From positions 187,233 through 251,232 of the forward strand of contig MCFE01000016.1 in the NCBI GenBank assembly GCA_002104905.1: DNA of 64,000 nt, given 5' to 3'. Origin of the DNA: Basidiobolus meristosporus CBS 931.73 (lineage: Eukaryota > Fungi > Basidiobolomycota). The notes below the pieces were generated by a model. The model worked only from the letters and a program-made list of their open reading frames with translations. It did no database searches and had not been told where the DNA came from. A program made the position numbers and the translations under genes. Shown here in pieces: positions 1 through 12,715 of the stretch (the stretch's first letter is position 1; each line of letters begins with the position of its first letter).

Positions 1-467
1 GAACCATGAGTCCCCGAGGATAAAAATAGCCACCCCAGAAATACACCGGTGCCCATAACAAGTACATTGTTCAAATGATTGTGTAGGACGAGTTCCCGAA
101 TGGAAGCGAGAGTGTCAACAAAAGGGCTCATTGGTGGAGGTCTGGGGATTGAAAAAAGTGGGATTCCATCCAGTTGTTTGTCGTCGTACAACACACCTCG
201 ACCAACATCGTAAATTTACGCGTCCGATGAAACGGATGGGACACCGCCCATCCGAACGAGAATCAGTCCAAGAGGGAATCTATTATTATCGGGTCCCATA
301 TATGGACGAATCATCGTACAATCATCCGTGTTGGAGATACGACGTCACACGAACGGAGAGGCTTGTAGCTGGTTCGCTACCAGATCGTCCTTGCCCATAT
401 TTAAGGTGGCCACAGGTTGGGGTCTGGAAGCAGCAGCATCTCCATCCCTGTGTACGTCTTTGCTAAC

Positions 468-1463
468 ATGGTGAATACGAAAACCCCGCGTCGAATGAGA
501 AACATCATTATTGGCTTGGTGGTAGTGATTGTACTTGCAGTGGTAGGCGGAGTGATAGGGTACCTGGTGACCAGGAATAAGAAAACCTCTCATAATGGCA
601 TCACTATTGACCCTAACCTACACCAATCGTTTTGGGGGATCAACTATACCCCTTTGAAGTCCCAATACCCAGGCTGTGGTAGCAAGCAGCAGGATATCAC
701 CGACGACATCAAGGTTCTATCCCAGCTTACTTCCAGACTACGGCTGTATGGAATGGACTGCAACCAGGCCGACTACACTCTACAAGCCATCCAGGATCTG
801 AAGGTGAACATGCAGGTGATTCTGACCATCTGGGTAGATGGAAACCAGACGACCTACCAACGTCAATATGACCAGTTCTTTAGCGTCCTGCAGAGGTTTG
901 GCCCCAATCAGATCTACGGAGTCTCAGTGGGCAACGAGGCATTCTTCAGAAAGGAGATCTCCCACCAGCAGCTGTATTCCCGTATCTCAGATGTTCGTCA
1001 GAAAATCCAAGGCCTGGGCTACCACATCCCCGTCACCACGTCCGATCTCGGCTCCAACTATACGCCGGAATTGATCGGTCAGGTCGACTTTTCCATGGCA
1101 AATGTCCACCCCTATTTCGCAGGGACTCTGGTGAAAGATGCAGCCAACTGGACATTCAGCTATTTCCAAGAGAACATTGCTCGGCAGTCTGTAGCCGCCG
1201 GCAAAGACGCCATCATTTCCGAGGTTGGTTGGGCAACCCAGGGGGATCCGGACCAGGGCGCCGTTGCCTCCGTCCCGAATCTTCAGACATTCCTAGACAC
1301 CTTTCTTTGCCAAGCGAACCAGCAGAAGGTCAAGTACTTCTGGTTCGAGGCCATGGATGAGCCGTGGAAAACACAGCAATTCACCCTCCTGGAGGGTAAC
1401 TGGGGACTCCTAACCACAGATCGTAAGCCGAAGGCGACCATTCCCAATTGCCAAGCCAGCTAG
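468..1463 (+). CDS. Glycoside hydrolase family 17 (beta-1,3-glucanase/glucanosyltransferase) with N-terminal TM anchor; 5' end uncertain
   Basis: GINYTP, LRLYGMDC, VSVGNE (acid/base Glu), ANVHPYF, ISEVGW (nucleophile Glu), YFWFEAMDEPWK motifs; hydrophobic stretch IIIGLVVVIVLAVVGGVIGYLV. Confidence 0.9.
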   Translation: MVNTKTPRRMRNIIIGLVVVIVLAVVGGVIGYLVTRNKKTSHNGITIDPNLHQSFWGINYTPLKSQYPGCGSKQQDITDDIKVLSQLTSRLRLYGMDCNQADYTLQAIQDLKVNMQVILTIWVDGNQTTYQRQYDQFFSVLQRFGPNQIYGVSVGNEAFFRKEISHQQLYSRISDVRQKIQGLGYHIPVTTSDLGSNYTPELIGQVDFSMANVHPYFAGTLVKDAANWTFSYFQENIARQSVAAGKDAIISEVGWATQGDPDQGAVASVPNLQTFLDTFLCQANQQKVKYFWFEAMDEPWKTQQFTLLEGNWGLLTTDRKPKATIPNCQAS

Positions 1464-1984
1464 TTGCGTCCCTTCAGCATATCCAACTCCAAAATCATTC
1501 CACCTCCATCCATATCCTCTGTATAATACCAAAGTAACCTTCAACTCCTGGAGGGGTGAACAATCTAACTCAAGCGACTCCCTTCATATTCTTCAATAAA
1601 GCATACCAAGGCCGACCGACCCACTGCCATTAGTTGGAAGGATCGTTTATTGTAGAGCATTCTATGGATGAGGTGCGCCCAGTGCTGCACTCCCCAATTT
1701 GGGATATGTACTAGGGATTCATTCGATTGTGGTACGTGGAGAGTGGTGGATGAGCAACAGCTTCGCGCGCGGGTGATTTCTACTGGTACTAACTAGCACA
1801 AGAAAAACCGGACGATTAGTCGTCAGTGAGTATTGATACAGGGCTCCTTTGGATATCTGTACATTCGTATATATTTCGAGGAATGGAAAATTCTCTAGAC
1901 TGCAGTAAACACCCGTCGCCACGCAAACATTCCCGCGGCAAAGTGGTCAAATGCGGGGTCTCGTTGGGGCTGCATAAGATCGTA

Positions 1985-4869
1985 TCAGATATTTCGCACA
2001 TGAGCATTGGAAAGTCTGATCAATTCTGAAGTCACGAATGCGTCCAGGCAGCTTGACGTCAGAAGGTTCACAAATCGATCCAGATGGTGCCCGAATATGT
2101 CTTCGTTGCCGACAGACAACACCTTCAAGGTCTCCAGGATCTTACCACACAATGGCCGAAAAAGATCGAAGGTGGGAAGCGTACGCTCGGACATTTTGAT
2201 GGTCAGTCTCATCAACGAGAGCACCAATCCGGGGATTTCCGAGATCCGTCTTCTTGACTGGGTGTCAGCAATGGAGCATATATTTTGAAGCGCAAGGATC
2301 GCCATTTCAGCAACTACGAGCTCTTTTTCCTGGGTGAGTAGACGCAAGTTATCGAATGGGATGTGCTTGAGTAGTATGCTAAAGATCTCACGATCAGTAA
2401 AGAAAACCTCGAAGATTGCGGTCCGATTTCCGTAAGGAACCGTGATCTTGGCCAACGTTTCGACAGCTAGCGATGAATAGGTATCGCCGGCGTTTTCGAG
2501 GAAGTCGATTAAGCTTTTGATGATCAGCCGGGTGGCATCAAGTGACACGAGGTGCATCATACTTCCGATGTTGGAGAATATCACAAGGATGTTTTTGCGA
2601 TTCTCTAGGAGGCACATGTTGATACCCTTGCAGCCTCCAACCCCGAAATACTCGGTCAGTGTGTTGACAATCTGAGGTTGGCCCGCAATGAACCGTTGAT
2701 TTTCTGGCACAAAGGTCAGATTCCGGATGATATTAGTAACACAGCATGATATCTGACCAAATAAATAAAGGTCGTCCTTGGCGATTACCGTGGTGTCCTG
2801 GACTTGACAGGACTCCACGTGGGAAGCTTCATAGAAACGAGAATACGACATGTCGTCAGAGTTTCCAAGTGCTGGCGATTGGCTTAATTTTTCAAGAAAG
2901 TCAACCAGTAAATCCATCAGCGCCTCCAACAAGTCACCGCACTGCTCCAGCAGAAGAGAACCGTTTCGTTCAACAGTAAGCATGGACAAAACGTTCAGGG
3001 CATTGATCATTTCCATTCTGAGGCTTGACTTCAGCGACATGGTTAGCGCATGTATGTCGATGTGGCCTAGTAACAAAAAGTATGGGTCAATCTGAAGCTC
3101 AACACAATAAGCGCGACACAGAATATCTTACCTAAATCGCCAAGTCTTGGTTGTAGGGATTTCAGTACAGGTTGCTGAAATAAGCGTAGATCCACTCCTC
3201 CGTAGCTTTCAACGGAGCGTATCTGTGGCCTGTATATTGTGTTTTCGGAATGGGTTTCTTGTTTTGATGTACTTGGACTACTCGGGTTTAATCCAGCTGG
3301 ATCCATAGGGCTTTTGTTTGTCAAGTTTGTGTTAAGGAGGGGTGGGATTGGTGATAGCTGATTGGTGATGGGGGTCGTTCCACCTAGAGGTAGGTTGTCT
3401 CCAGGGGATAGAGTTGAAACCATGCTGTTGCTTACTCCAAGCGAGGCTTCTCCATTGGTAGTAATGGTTTGGCCTAGTGAGTTCCTTGAGTAGTGATTGG
3501 GCAATGTGGTTTCCGTTTCGGTCAGTGCTGGAGCCTTCGCCTGCACCTGAGAAAGGTACGCTTGCTCAAACGGGAATAGTAATTTGGCATAGCAATTTTT
3601 CAGGGCCCAAGGAACATTAGCGTCTGTATCACTCAAGCCTAGGCTTTTGGCAACCTGGGGCCATGCAGCATCTTTGTTGACCTACATTCAAGTATTAAAA
3701 ATCAATTGAGAACGGGGAAAGACCGGGTGAATCCTCCATACCTGTGACATGCCTCCCAGGCCCGCCACCATAGAATAGAGCACCCAAAGGTTGATTACTT
3801 GTGATCCAATTTGGGGGAGCTGTGTTATAGGGGTATTCCTTTTGCTCATAAAATCTGAGAGTGCTTTGAGAAATTGGGAATGGGTGAAATCTGGCTTGGT
3901 CCCAATTGATGCCTGCTTCGGGGCTAGCCCTGAGAAAGACGCTTCAGGCATCAATGTTGCATTCCCTTTTCCGAACGTTTGTGATACTGTAAACCCGGAC
4001 TGGCCATTAGGTTCGTCCTGACTAGCGCTGTATTGCTGTGAATTGCTCGAATTATGAGAATTTCCAGAAGGTGCATAGCCATTGGATGCACCTTGAGCTA
4101 AAGAAGAGGGCGTGGTTGAATTTTCTCGGGCATACGATTCATATAGCTGAGGATTCGAGGTGAAGCTGACCGAAGAGCCTGAAGATATGCCATAGTTGGG
4201 CCCAACATTATCCAAAGAAGCGGGATTCTCCATCAAAAGACTCTGTTGAGAACCGCTTGCTGGGAAACCCGAGGCAGAATTGAAGCCAGTATTCCATTGC
4301 ATAGCATTACTTTCATTTCCTGTTGCAGTAAGGGTTTTACTCGGAAACTGCGAGGTATTTCTAGTTAAATCCAATTTTTCGGAGGCAAATGTGTCGCGAG
4401 AAGCATACTGACCGGGGAACAATATATCATTTCCCAGTGAGGAGTTCGAAAAATCGGTTCTTTGCTTTAATATGCTGTCGTCAGTCTGAACCAAGTCCGG
4501 GTCACCGAGATTAGATAGCAAGGTTTGCTGGTTGATATTGGTATTTGGTAAGTTTTGGCCCGAAAAGTCTGAAAAGAGCATGTTCCCCGGTCCTCTGGAA
4601 GTGTTTATCGGAGATGTAAAGCTCGAGCCGGAAATCGGCAACGAAATGGTTTCCGACGAATAGAATTGAGTGGTATCGACAGAATCACCATAATTCAGCC
4701 CGAGAGCGAGATTCAACTGCGAGAAATTTCCACCAGACATATATGGATTTGTCATGGCTGCATTGGCACTCGACGCGTTGAATTCTCTAGAGGAAGGATA
4801 GGGGTAGATCGTGTTGTTGGATTGTATTTGTCTCGAGGGTTGTAGATGGTCGTGAATGTTTGGATTCAT
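1985..4869 (-). CDS. SWI1: SWI/SNF subunit SWI1/ARID1-like (ARID domain split by an intron, C-terminal ARM/BAF250_C-like region); 3 exons
   Basis: ARID motifs FLKALSDFMSKRNTPI..INLWVLYSMVAGLGGMSQV / WPQVAKSLG..LKNCYAKLLFPFEQ; C-terminal IHALTMSLKS..MINALNVLSML; N/S/Q-rich N-terminus; GT-AG introns link the three ORFs. Confidence 0.85.
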
Positions 4870-5842
4870 AGTAAGCAACAGAATTGAGGTTATTTACCGG
4901 TTAGTGTACTCTTGAGTATCACTCGTTCGCGTTACTTAATAGTTGATATTATATGGTAAATAAATCGCGAATATACGGTAGAGTGGAAGTAAATATTAGA
5001 CTGGAATTTTTACCTTTCTTTAACTGATTGGTAGTTCAAGCCTTAATCTATTTTATGTGATTTACCGCATGGCTGCCAATCACCAGATAAAGAGTGAATC
5101 AAGTGTGGAACGAATAGCTAGGCGGATTTTAATATTTTTATGTGATGTTATTGCATCGTGCTACCAATCAATACTTATGTTATACGCTATAGCGTAGCAA
5201 TGAAACAGTCTTGATATACAAGTCGATCTGTATAAGTCTGGGTTATCATTTCCCGAAAAGTGGTTATCAAGCATATAGCCACACAATATAGGGCATCTGC
5301 CCTCAGTCTCTCAGTTTCATCAACCGATATTGGTCCTATGTACAATTCTTTAATAAGCGCCAATTTTCATCAGAATACATTCTCAAGAGGCAAGCCATAT
5401 GCATCCCATTCATACAAGATAGTTGATATCAAGAAAGGAGCTGCGATTGATTTTATGGACAACTATGTCGTGATAAGCTAGACTCAAAAGTGTCTGGTCA
5501 ATACAGCTGAGATATATTTACAGCTCAAATACTTAAGTGATCAAAATTGGCCTTGAGATTCTCTTCTATCGAAAAGTAGGAAAAGCTCGGGAAAATTGTT
5601 GAAACAAAAATGGATGGCTTTGAATTCGGAAGTCTATCAATAGGCTCTGTAATAACTGACGGAGAGTCTTCAAACTTTACAGCATTCTATTGACCTGTAA
5701 CGTCCACGGCGACTTTCCATGAGCAATTCGTAAAGGTGACAGCATGCGATTGGTGGTTGTAAGATGTGCTTTTGTGTGTAAGCCCGGTGACTCAAAGGTT
5801 TGACGTTCAAATACGGCATTTTGTGCAAATTAAATAGGAGAC

Positions 5843-7183
5843 TCACATGTAACATATGTATTGACTATCGCCAATAGTTTGATATTTGGTAGCCTGGTAG
5901 AAATACACCGATACGTTTTCTTCAGCTTGGGTAGAATCAATACTAGAGAAAGGGAATCCCTCGTCAAGACTGGGTTTGTGACAATGGAAAGTCAGGCTTT
6001 TGGGGTCTTGTTCGTAGTACCGAATGGGGCTGGATGCCTGGCCAGCTTGCCTGTTTGGCCGATGAAGAATGGCTTTCTCCAATGGCTCCACGATCGAGTA
6101 CCGAAGATTGATTGCGGCGTAGCATTGATCGCTCTGAAGAAGCCTAGCAGCATCCTTACGGCTCAGTAGAATCTTTCGAACCACAAAGTTGAGAATTGAT
6201 GCAAGCTTTGGGTACTTGTAATCATCTTCTAAGCTGCATTCCCCGTTGTCGCTATAGCTTCGAAGCTTTTCGTACCGAATATGGTAATGGAATATCAAGT
6301 CGTCCTTTAGGTCGGGCCAAGCGTTTTGAATAGCAGGGTCTACGAGAAATACAATGGCATTGAGGATACCCTGGGAAGAAGTCCCGATGAAGGACAATAG
6401 CAGAAAGGTGTAATTGATCCGTTTGTTCAGGTAGATGTCCAACTCAGAAATAAGATTGAAAGACTGAGTGAGAATCGGAATAATTGGGTATAGTATCACA
6501 CGGCGCACAACTTTGTTCATAGTCGACTCGATGGTGATAGAATCGCTGGTGAAGAATTTTCTTCTATTTCGACGTTCTCGGGCAATCTTGATCACAACTA
6601 GGAGAACTACTATACAGCAGTAAAAGACCCCTAACATAGTCCAGAAGTAGAGAGTCACCCATGTCCAGAGCATACGCTCGGAAGCATCATATATGTTATA
6701 CCAACAAGACTCCTGATACAGGTCGTGCCCTAGTCTTCCACCAAGCAAAGGGGGCAGTGAAATCGCTAACGAGAGTAGCCCAGCAACAGAAAAATAATAC
6801 TTCTCGTAAGCTTGGGTCTGTCGTTTACCATGAACAAAGATGACTTGGAGGTTAAAAGCTATCATAGCAGTCAGAAAGGTAGACAGATGGGTTGTTTGAA
6901 TATGGCCCCAGACACTAAGAGCGCATAGCAGTCCACTCTCTTGTGAGATGTCGCTGACGATCTGGAAGCCAGAGTAGAATAGATCCACCACGGCCACGGC
7001 AAACGTCAGCCTCAGGGACACGCGATTGACCAGGTGACTCTTAAAACTGTGGAATATTATGAAGATAAGAACAACCGAAAGGCTAAAAAACATAGAAATA
7101 AGATTTAAGGGAACCGCTACATCGATCAATGTTTGACTCTGTTGAACACTGATTTTTTCGACTTCATTGTGGAGCTCTATCAT
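5843..7183 (-). CDS. 7-TM G-protein-coupled receptor (cAMP-receptor/Git3-like class)
   Basis: Seven hydrophobic segments; NRVSLRL..AVVDL, CALSVWG, SCWY, RVILYPIIP, QGILNAIVFLVDP motifs. Confidence 0.8.
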   Translation of the reverse strand: MIELHNEVEKISVQQSQTLIDVAVPLNLISMFFSLSVVLIFIIFHSFKSHLVNRVSLRLTFAVAVVDLFYSGFQIVSDISQESGLLCALSVWGHIQTTHLSTFLTAMIAFNLQVIFVHGKRQTQAYEKYYFSVAGLLSLAISLPPLLGGRLGHDLYQESCWYNIYDASERMLWTWVTLYFWTMLGVFYCCIVVLLVVIKIARERRNRRKFFTSDSITIESTMNKVVRRVILYPIIPILTQSFNLISELDIYLNKRINYTFLLLSFIGTSSQGILNAIVFLVDPAIQNAWPDLKDDLIFHYHIRYEKLRSYSDNGECSLEDDYKYPKLASILNFVVRKILLSRKDAARLLQSDQCYAAINLRYSIVEPLEKAILHRPNRQAGQASSPIRYYEQDPKSLTFHCHKPSLDEGFPFSSIDSTQAEENVSVYFYQATKYQTIGDSQYICYM

Positions 7184-8531
7184 CGTGTGTGGACATAGAG
7201 AACGGCTAACGGCTCTATGCTTTTTGAGGGTCCAAAAATAACAAGCGGGTCGCAGGTAGTGGCCACTACGTGGTGATGAAGTGAAGGGCAGCCTTTGAAG
7301 AGGGCAGGGTCAGGCTGGACTATAGGGAATACTGTATCCGTCCAAGTGGCGTATTTCAGTACTGATCACGGTCGAGAGATGTTAGAGAGCCACAGAAACT
7401 ATGTTCAGATATAGGCCCTACTCAAGTCCAAGGAAATCAACCTAAAGTAAATCTTTCCAAGAAATATCTAACAATTAAACAGATGGCAGGAGGGTGGTGA
7501 CAGGCTTTATATGAGGGCTAAGTTGACTATTCGGAGCGTCGGCCGTACGAAGAAGTGATTACATCTTGGGCGTTACATGGTAGAAGAAATTGTATAATAT
7601 GCACCGTCAATATTGTCAAGGATGCAAGGCTGTGCAGAATGCATGATTGATCTTACCATTAAGAAAGGTGTCAATTCTATGATTTAAGGAGCAGGGTTGC
7701 TAAATATCAGTGATTGCTTGGCGAAATAAACCCAGGCAGGCACATACTATCACATTCTCGCTTATCGTGCGTCACTATAATCGACAGTGCATGTTCTTAC
7801 ATGAATTATTACGACTAGCTTTAAGCATTTGCTTTATTTCCACTATACAGGCGTGTCCTATGACGATGGTTTTCTCTGAGAGGCGCATGTCGGAAATTCT
7901 ACGATGTTTCTGCGCATGCCGGAACTCTTGCCTCGTGCTTGGGCGAGGTCTCGGGATATTTCCAATCATTGTTGTTTGTATGCCGAGGCTGGGATCCATC
8001 TCTGTAATGATACACATATGTGAAGGAATATGCAAAAGCTGTATCAAGTAGCTCAAACCAGGCTGTGACTTTTCAAGTGACCAGAATCACCATCACAAAG
8101 GACTCGATCCTTTAGCATACAATGCATCAGGTAAACAACAGAGCCAGAGTGTTGCTTACGTGATGGCGCTGGTGACCAAATCCATTCAACACCGCTCGAC
8201 CGGGGCAAAACGTTGCGAGCCAATCACGTGATTTAAACGAATTTCCCAGTGTTGCCGAGGTCGGGATACTTTCCGATGTCCTAGAGGCGTACCTGATAAC
8301 AATGCACTTTAGGTGGACCTAGAGTTCATATAAAGATCGGGAAAGTTAATTTTACAATTACTAATAGATTCCCTAAATTCTGTTTGATCGATTCCACTGA
8401 TGCAGCAATCGGATCCATACGCATCGAAACCGCCAAACCAAACGTCGTTACATTGAATGTGGCTCAAGGCATTTATATGCATATATATACGTCAAAAGCA
8501 ACAAACTCGAGCTAACCCTCTTCAAAGGATC

Positions 8532-8726
8532 ATGTTCCACAAAGCCTTGATTTTCCTGCTGCTGGCGATTGTTGTGTTGGGACATCCATTGGAGGAAGGA
8601 TTGGAGGATTTTGAACGAGACCAGCTTCTAGTCGAATTGACACAGGCACCAATCATAGGCGATTTGCTGAAAGGAATACCGTATTTGAAGTACATATTGG
8701 GGGCACTAGTTCCACTTGGCCTGTGA
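8532..8726 (+). CDS. 64-aa secreted prepropeptide of unknown function
   Basis: MFHKALIFLLLAIVVLG signal-like N-terminus, acidic spacer, amphipathic C-terminus; TATAAA at ~8328 upstream. Confidence 0.6.
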   Translation: MFHKALIFLLLAIVVLGHPLEEGLEDFERDQLLVELTQAPIIGDLLKGIPYLKYILGALVPLGL

Positions 8727-9599
8727 GCGTTCTCGAAAATCCACTTTCTAATAAAATGTTCCTTCACATTGAGATTCTCGGACAATACCAAGCATGCAGT
8801 TCATGAACCAGTGGAAGTAGTGGCGCCAAATGAATTAATCCATCCTCAAGCCCACGATGACACACAGGGACAGTCGGGTAGTCCAGCCAGAGCATATTGA
8901 GGAGGGAAAGAACCGTTTATGGGTTTCGTGGTAGCAGGCCCACTTTTTTGACGAAGTGCTAGTTGAAGTCTGATCATTCTGGACACAGATAAACACCTTT
9001 AAGGGCTGAGACCTACGGTAACGTGTGAAAGAATCAAAGACGTGCTTCATGTTCAGCTCTATTGCATCCATCCACAGGTAATGGCTTCCTGGCCAGTGTC
9101 TGGATATAATAGTATTAAAAGGGAGTACGCAGGAATTTGGGGTCTTCAGCTTAAGCAGAAGTCACTGGCGTTTACATCAACCGTGGCAAAAGCAGAGCGA
9201 CTCGGAATACAACACGGTACACAGTCCAGCTCGGTATGCATTGCAATATTTGTATCCTACTCCATTAGCCGGGTTCGGAGTTGATAGTAACGCATGATGG
9301 GATTTTCTTGACGGAGTGTTCATCGCATCCCTTCGAATCCCAACTGTAGATTGGCTTTTCTGACAAGTGGGCTTGTAAGGTTATCACACAAATCAGATCA
9401 CTCTGATGATCGCTACTGAAAAGAAAATCCGTAGCGAATTGATTGGACAGAATTCGACCAATCTTTAGAATTCCATGAGGATTGAAAACACAGAATTGAG
9501 TGTCAGTTCACTTTCATCAAATTCCTATCAGATTCCACTGTTGTCAACAAAGGTTGTGCAGTTCGCTAGACTAGTAGCTGAGATACCAGAGTTAACAAT

Positions 9600-10640
9600 A
9601 TGCGGTGGCTCTATACCTGCATACTATCTACGTTGCATTTTAGCTTTAGAATATATCTATTATTCCTGGATTTTATCGAGTATCTCAAGTATGTATTTGG
9701 AAGTAGCGCACAACCAAGCCTGAAAACAATCAAATGGCACGTCAGGTCACTGCAGAAGTTGCCGAAGAACCTGGGAATCATTCTTCCCGCAGCGGTCCCC
9801 AAGTCGCACCTCGCAGCCTCTATAGCGGATCTTGCTTCCTGGTGCATTGCCACCGGAATCCCGTATCTCACTGTTTTTAGTTCACAAGGTAATTGACGGT
9901 TCTGCAACACTTCATCGGGTTGACCGTCGACTCATCCCATCTTGGTTTGCGTAGAGTTATCGAAGCTCGAGTTAGGAACCATTACCGAAGAGATAGTACA
10001 GCTTACAGAGGAGTACTTCGTGGATTGTGGGTGGAAAGAGCCTCCAATTATTGGAATCAAAACAATACATTCCCTGGTGAAATGCGAGCTAAACACTCTC
10101 GTTTCCCGAGTATCTAAGCACAAGCCTCAGATACCAGGTGATAGGATTATGTATTTTGGAAACACTCTGGCTCAAGGCTAAACGTCCTCTATACCACAGA
10201 TCTACAAATCACCATACTATCCGAAGATTCGGGTAAACATTCCATCGCAGAAGTGTCGAAGAAGATTCTGCAGAAAGTGATGAATGAAGAACTTGAAGCG
10301 CGCGAGATCGACATTTCTGTCTTGGACAATGCCTTGTCAGGTAGGCCCAGCTTACGGTACCCCTTTCGCTTGTGCTGGTTTAATGGAATTTTTCATCAGA
10401 TATTCCGGAGCCCCAGTTGTTGCTTCACTTTGGTAAACATTTAACGCTAGAAGGGTTTCCACCGTGGCAACTTCGGCTTACCGAAATATAGTGAGTAGTG
10501 TTTATGAACGCATTGGACTTGAGCACTGATTGATCTCGTTTTTTCGTAGTAGTTGTACACACACCACCAGAGTCATGTATTCAGATTTTATTAATGCGAT
10601 GTATCGGTATGCGAATTGCGATCAGCGATTTGGCAAGTAA
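9600..10640 (+). CDS. NUS1: Dehydrodolichyl diphosphate synthase complex subunit NUS1/NgBR; multi-exon
   Basis: KLPKNLGII, LASWCIATGIPYLTVF, EPQLLLHFG, GFPPWQLRLTEI, C-terminal YANCDQRFGK (RxG tail). Confidence 0.9.
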
Positions 10641-11167
10641 GATAGCACATTATCACCAATAAATAGAGGTACTAGGTTTGCTATATGTCAATATGAACAA
10701 CGAAGAAATAGGCGGATTAGCGAGTCTATGGGGACCCATCAGGCGCCATGGTGCACGAAGTGCAAGTGATGTGCTGGGAGGAGTCCCGAGTGTGTAGTAA
10801 ACATGGGATGGCAATGAATCCAAAGCCACACATGTTATACAGCCGAACACTGCTGTGCACAGAATACACAACGAAATCTTGGTATATGCTGGATTGAAGC
10901 ATTTTGGGTTGTAAATGGGTTTGACTTGGAGGGCAGACTCCTTGGTTCGAGGTGGTTTTGGGACGTCATTCGTGCCAGCATGTCAGTCGAGTGTGGAATG
11001 CTCATGATCCTACACTTGATCCCCATACATCCAAAAAAATACACGACTGTTCCATCTGATGGTTCTGGTGTGCGTATGGGCGATTTGAATCGTTTATTGA
11101 GTTGAATTTACAAGAGTTTAGGCATGGCTGCGCAGGCTTTGGACCTACGGATTGAACTCATCTCATT

Positions 11168-11695
11168 TTACCATCCGAAACGGAAGGCTACGCCCATAAT
11201 GGTCAAAGCGAAGATAAATTGCACTGCTCCAAAGCCTATTCTAGATATGGGATGTGGTACGATCAGCTCCACGCATATCCATATCAAGGCAACCACCAGA
11301 TACAGCCAAGCTACGATCATCGAGCCTCTGGTGACGCCGTAACCAATGGCACTAGCAACGAGCACCCACAAAAAGGTGAGGAAAAGGTTCCTAGCCAAAG
11401 CCTCAGCCCGTGCAAGATTACTGCTGAGAGGGAGGAGTGGCGACTTTGCAGAATTGGTGGTGGCTGGGGTGTCCTGGTTTTCGAAGGTGGGGTGAGCAGC
11501 GTCGGTCGATCCAACGCGCTCTCGCATTGCTGGTTGGCTAGCTGCAGTGGTGGGGACTAAGCCGTTCCAGTTCAAGAGGTGCCTTCCTAGTTGAAGTAGT
11601 ATCCAGACGAACCATAGTATCCATAAAGCGATGAAACAGTCTCGAATATAATGGTCACGCTTAGTCCAGAGAGAAGTGGGATCCCATACAGCCAT
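11168..11695 (-). CDS. Small multi-pass membrane protein of unknown function (paralog of 12716-13177)
   Basis: 175 aa with about 4 hydrophobic segments; RDCFIALW, TRGSMIVAW, MGVAFRFGW shared with the neighbour. Confidence 0.75.
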   Translation of the reverse strand: MAVWDPTSLWTKRDHYIRDCFIALWILWFVWILLQLGRHLLNWNGLVPTTAASQPAMRERVGSTDAAHPTFENQDTPATTNSAKSPLLPLSSNLARAEALARNLFLTFLWVLVASAIGYGVTRGSMIVAWLYLVVALIWICVELIVPHPISRIGFGAVQFIFALTIMGVAFRFGW

Positions 11696-12715
11696 GGTTT
11701 TTGATGTTCGCAGATTCCAAGAATTTGTAGTGTTGGTAGGGATAGGGAGAGTCGGAAGTTATATAGACAATAGCGATACGCTTATGGATGACTTGTCAGT
11801 CAAGCGTCATGACGTCGTTCGACCATACCATTAGATCATCCAGTCGCAGACGAAGCGACATGAAGACGAGGAGTTGCTCTATAAGTCACGAAGATTCGCC
11901 ACGAACACGACTGGTCATGGCCAAAGTAGATGGAGAATCGTCGTTTAAGGGATTGGGCGTTGGGAGGAGAGTCATCGTTGTAGCTCTGTTGATGTCATTG
12001 TAGCCACGATGCATAAGTGCGATAAGGAATACTCTGCCTACCAAGGAGGAGAATCATGGTAATCGGCCATCCGCCTGGATATGCTAACTGATGGTGTGTG
12101 CAGCTGTGCGGTGAATCAAGCTTATGGTGTCGTTGCCAGTATAGGAAGGCTAACCTACTGGTTGTAATGGTTCAGAGCGGCAGCGGCTAGAGACATAACA
12201 CATAGAATGTGCAGCGTGTGATGTAACAAGAGATAGCATAAGGGATTTTGGATCACCTCCAATCTGATGTCACGCAATCGAAGCAGCATGCAGTCTCCAA
12301 GTCAGATCTTGCCCATGACACCGGGAGTTGATGAGAGTGCAATGATGCTAACGCATCGTATCCAATCTGGAACCAGAGCCTAGGTGGTCTCATTTAGAAC
12401 TCTCTTCGTCAAATCACCAGCTCCCCATCTGGTTGATTGTATCATACACCCACAATGCCGCAGGACAGATGGCTTACATCAGACTTCAGTCGTCCATATC
12501 AGGCGAGATGAGCAGAATCCCGACAATGGGGATATTCAGCGTCATAGATATTGGATAGTCAAGCAGGAAGCACCTCCATATTTAGGATCACCCACTGGAC
12601 AAGGAAAACCAACTGCGAATGAGCAGGCCAGAGGATAGTATAAGTAAGGAGCGCTACGAGCATAAAGAGAAGAGCCTCAACCTTATTTACAAGCAACATA
12701 TATACATACACTAAC

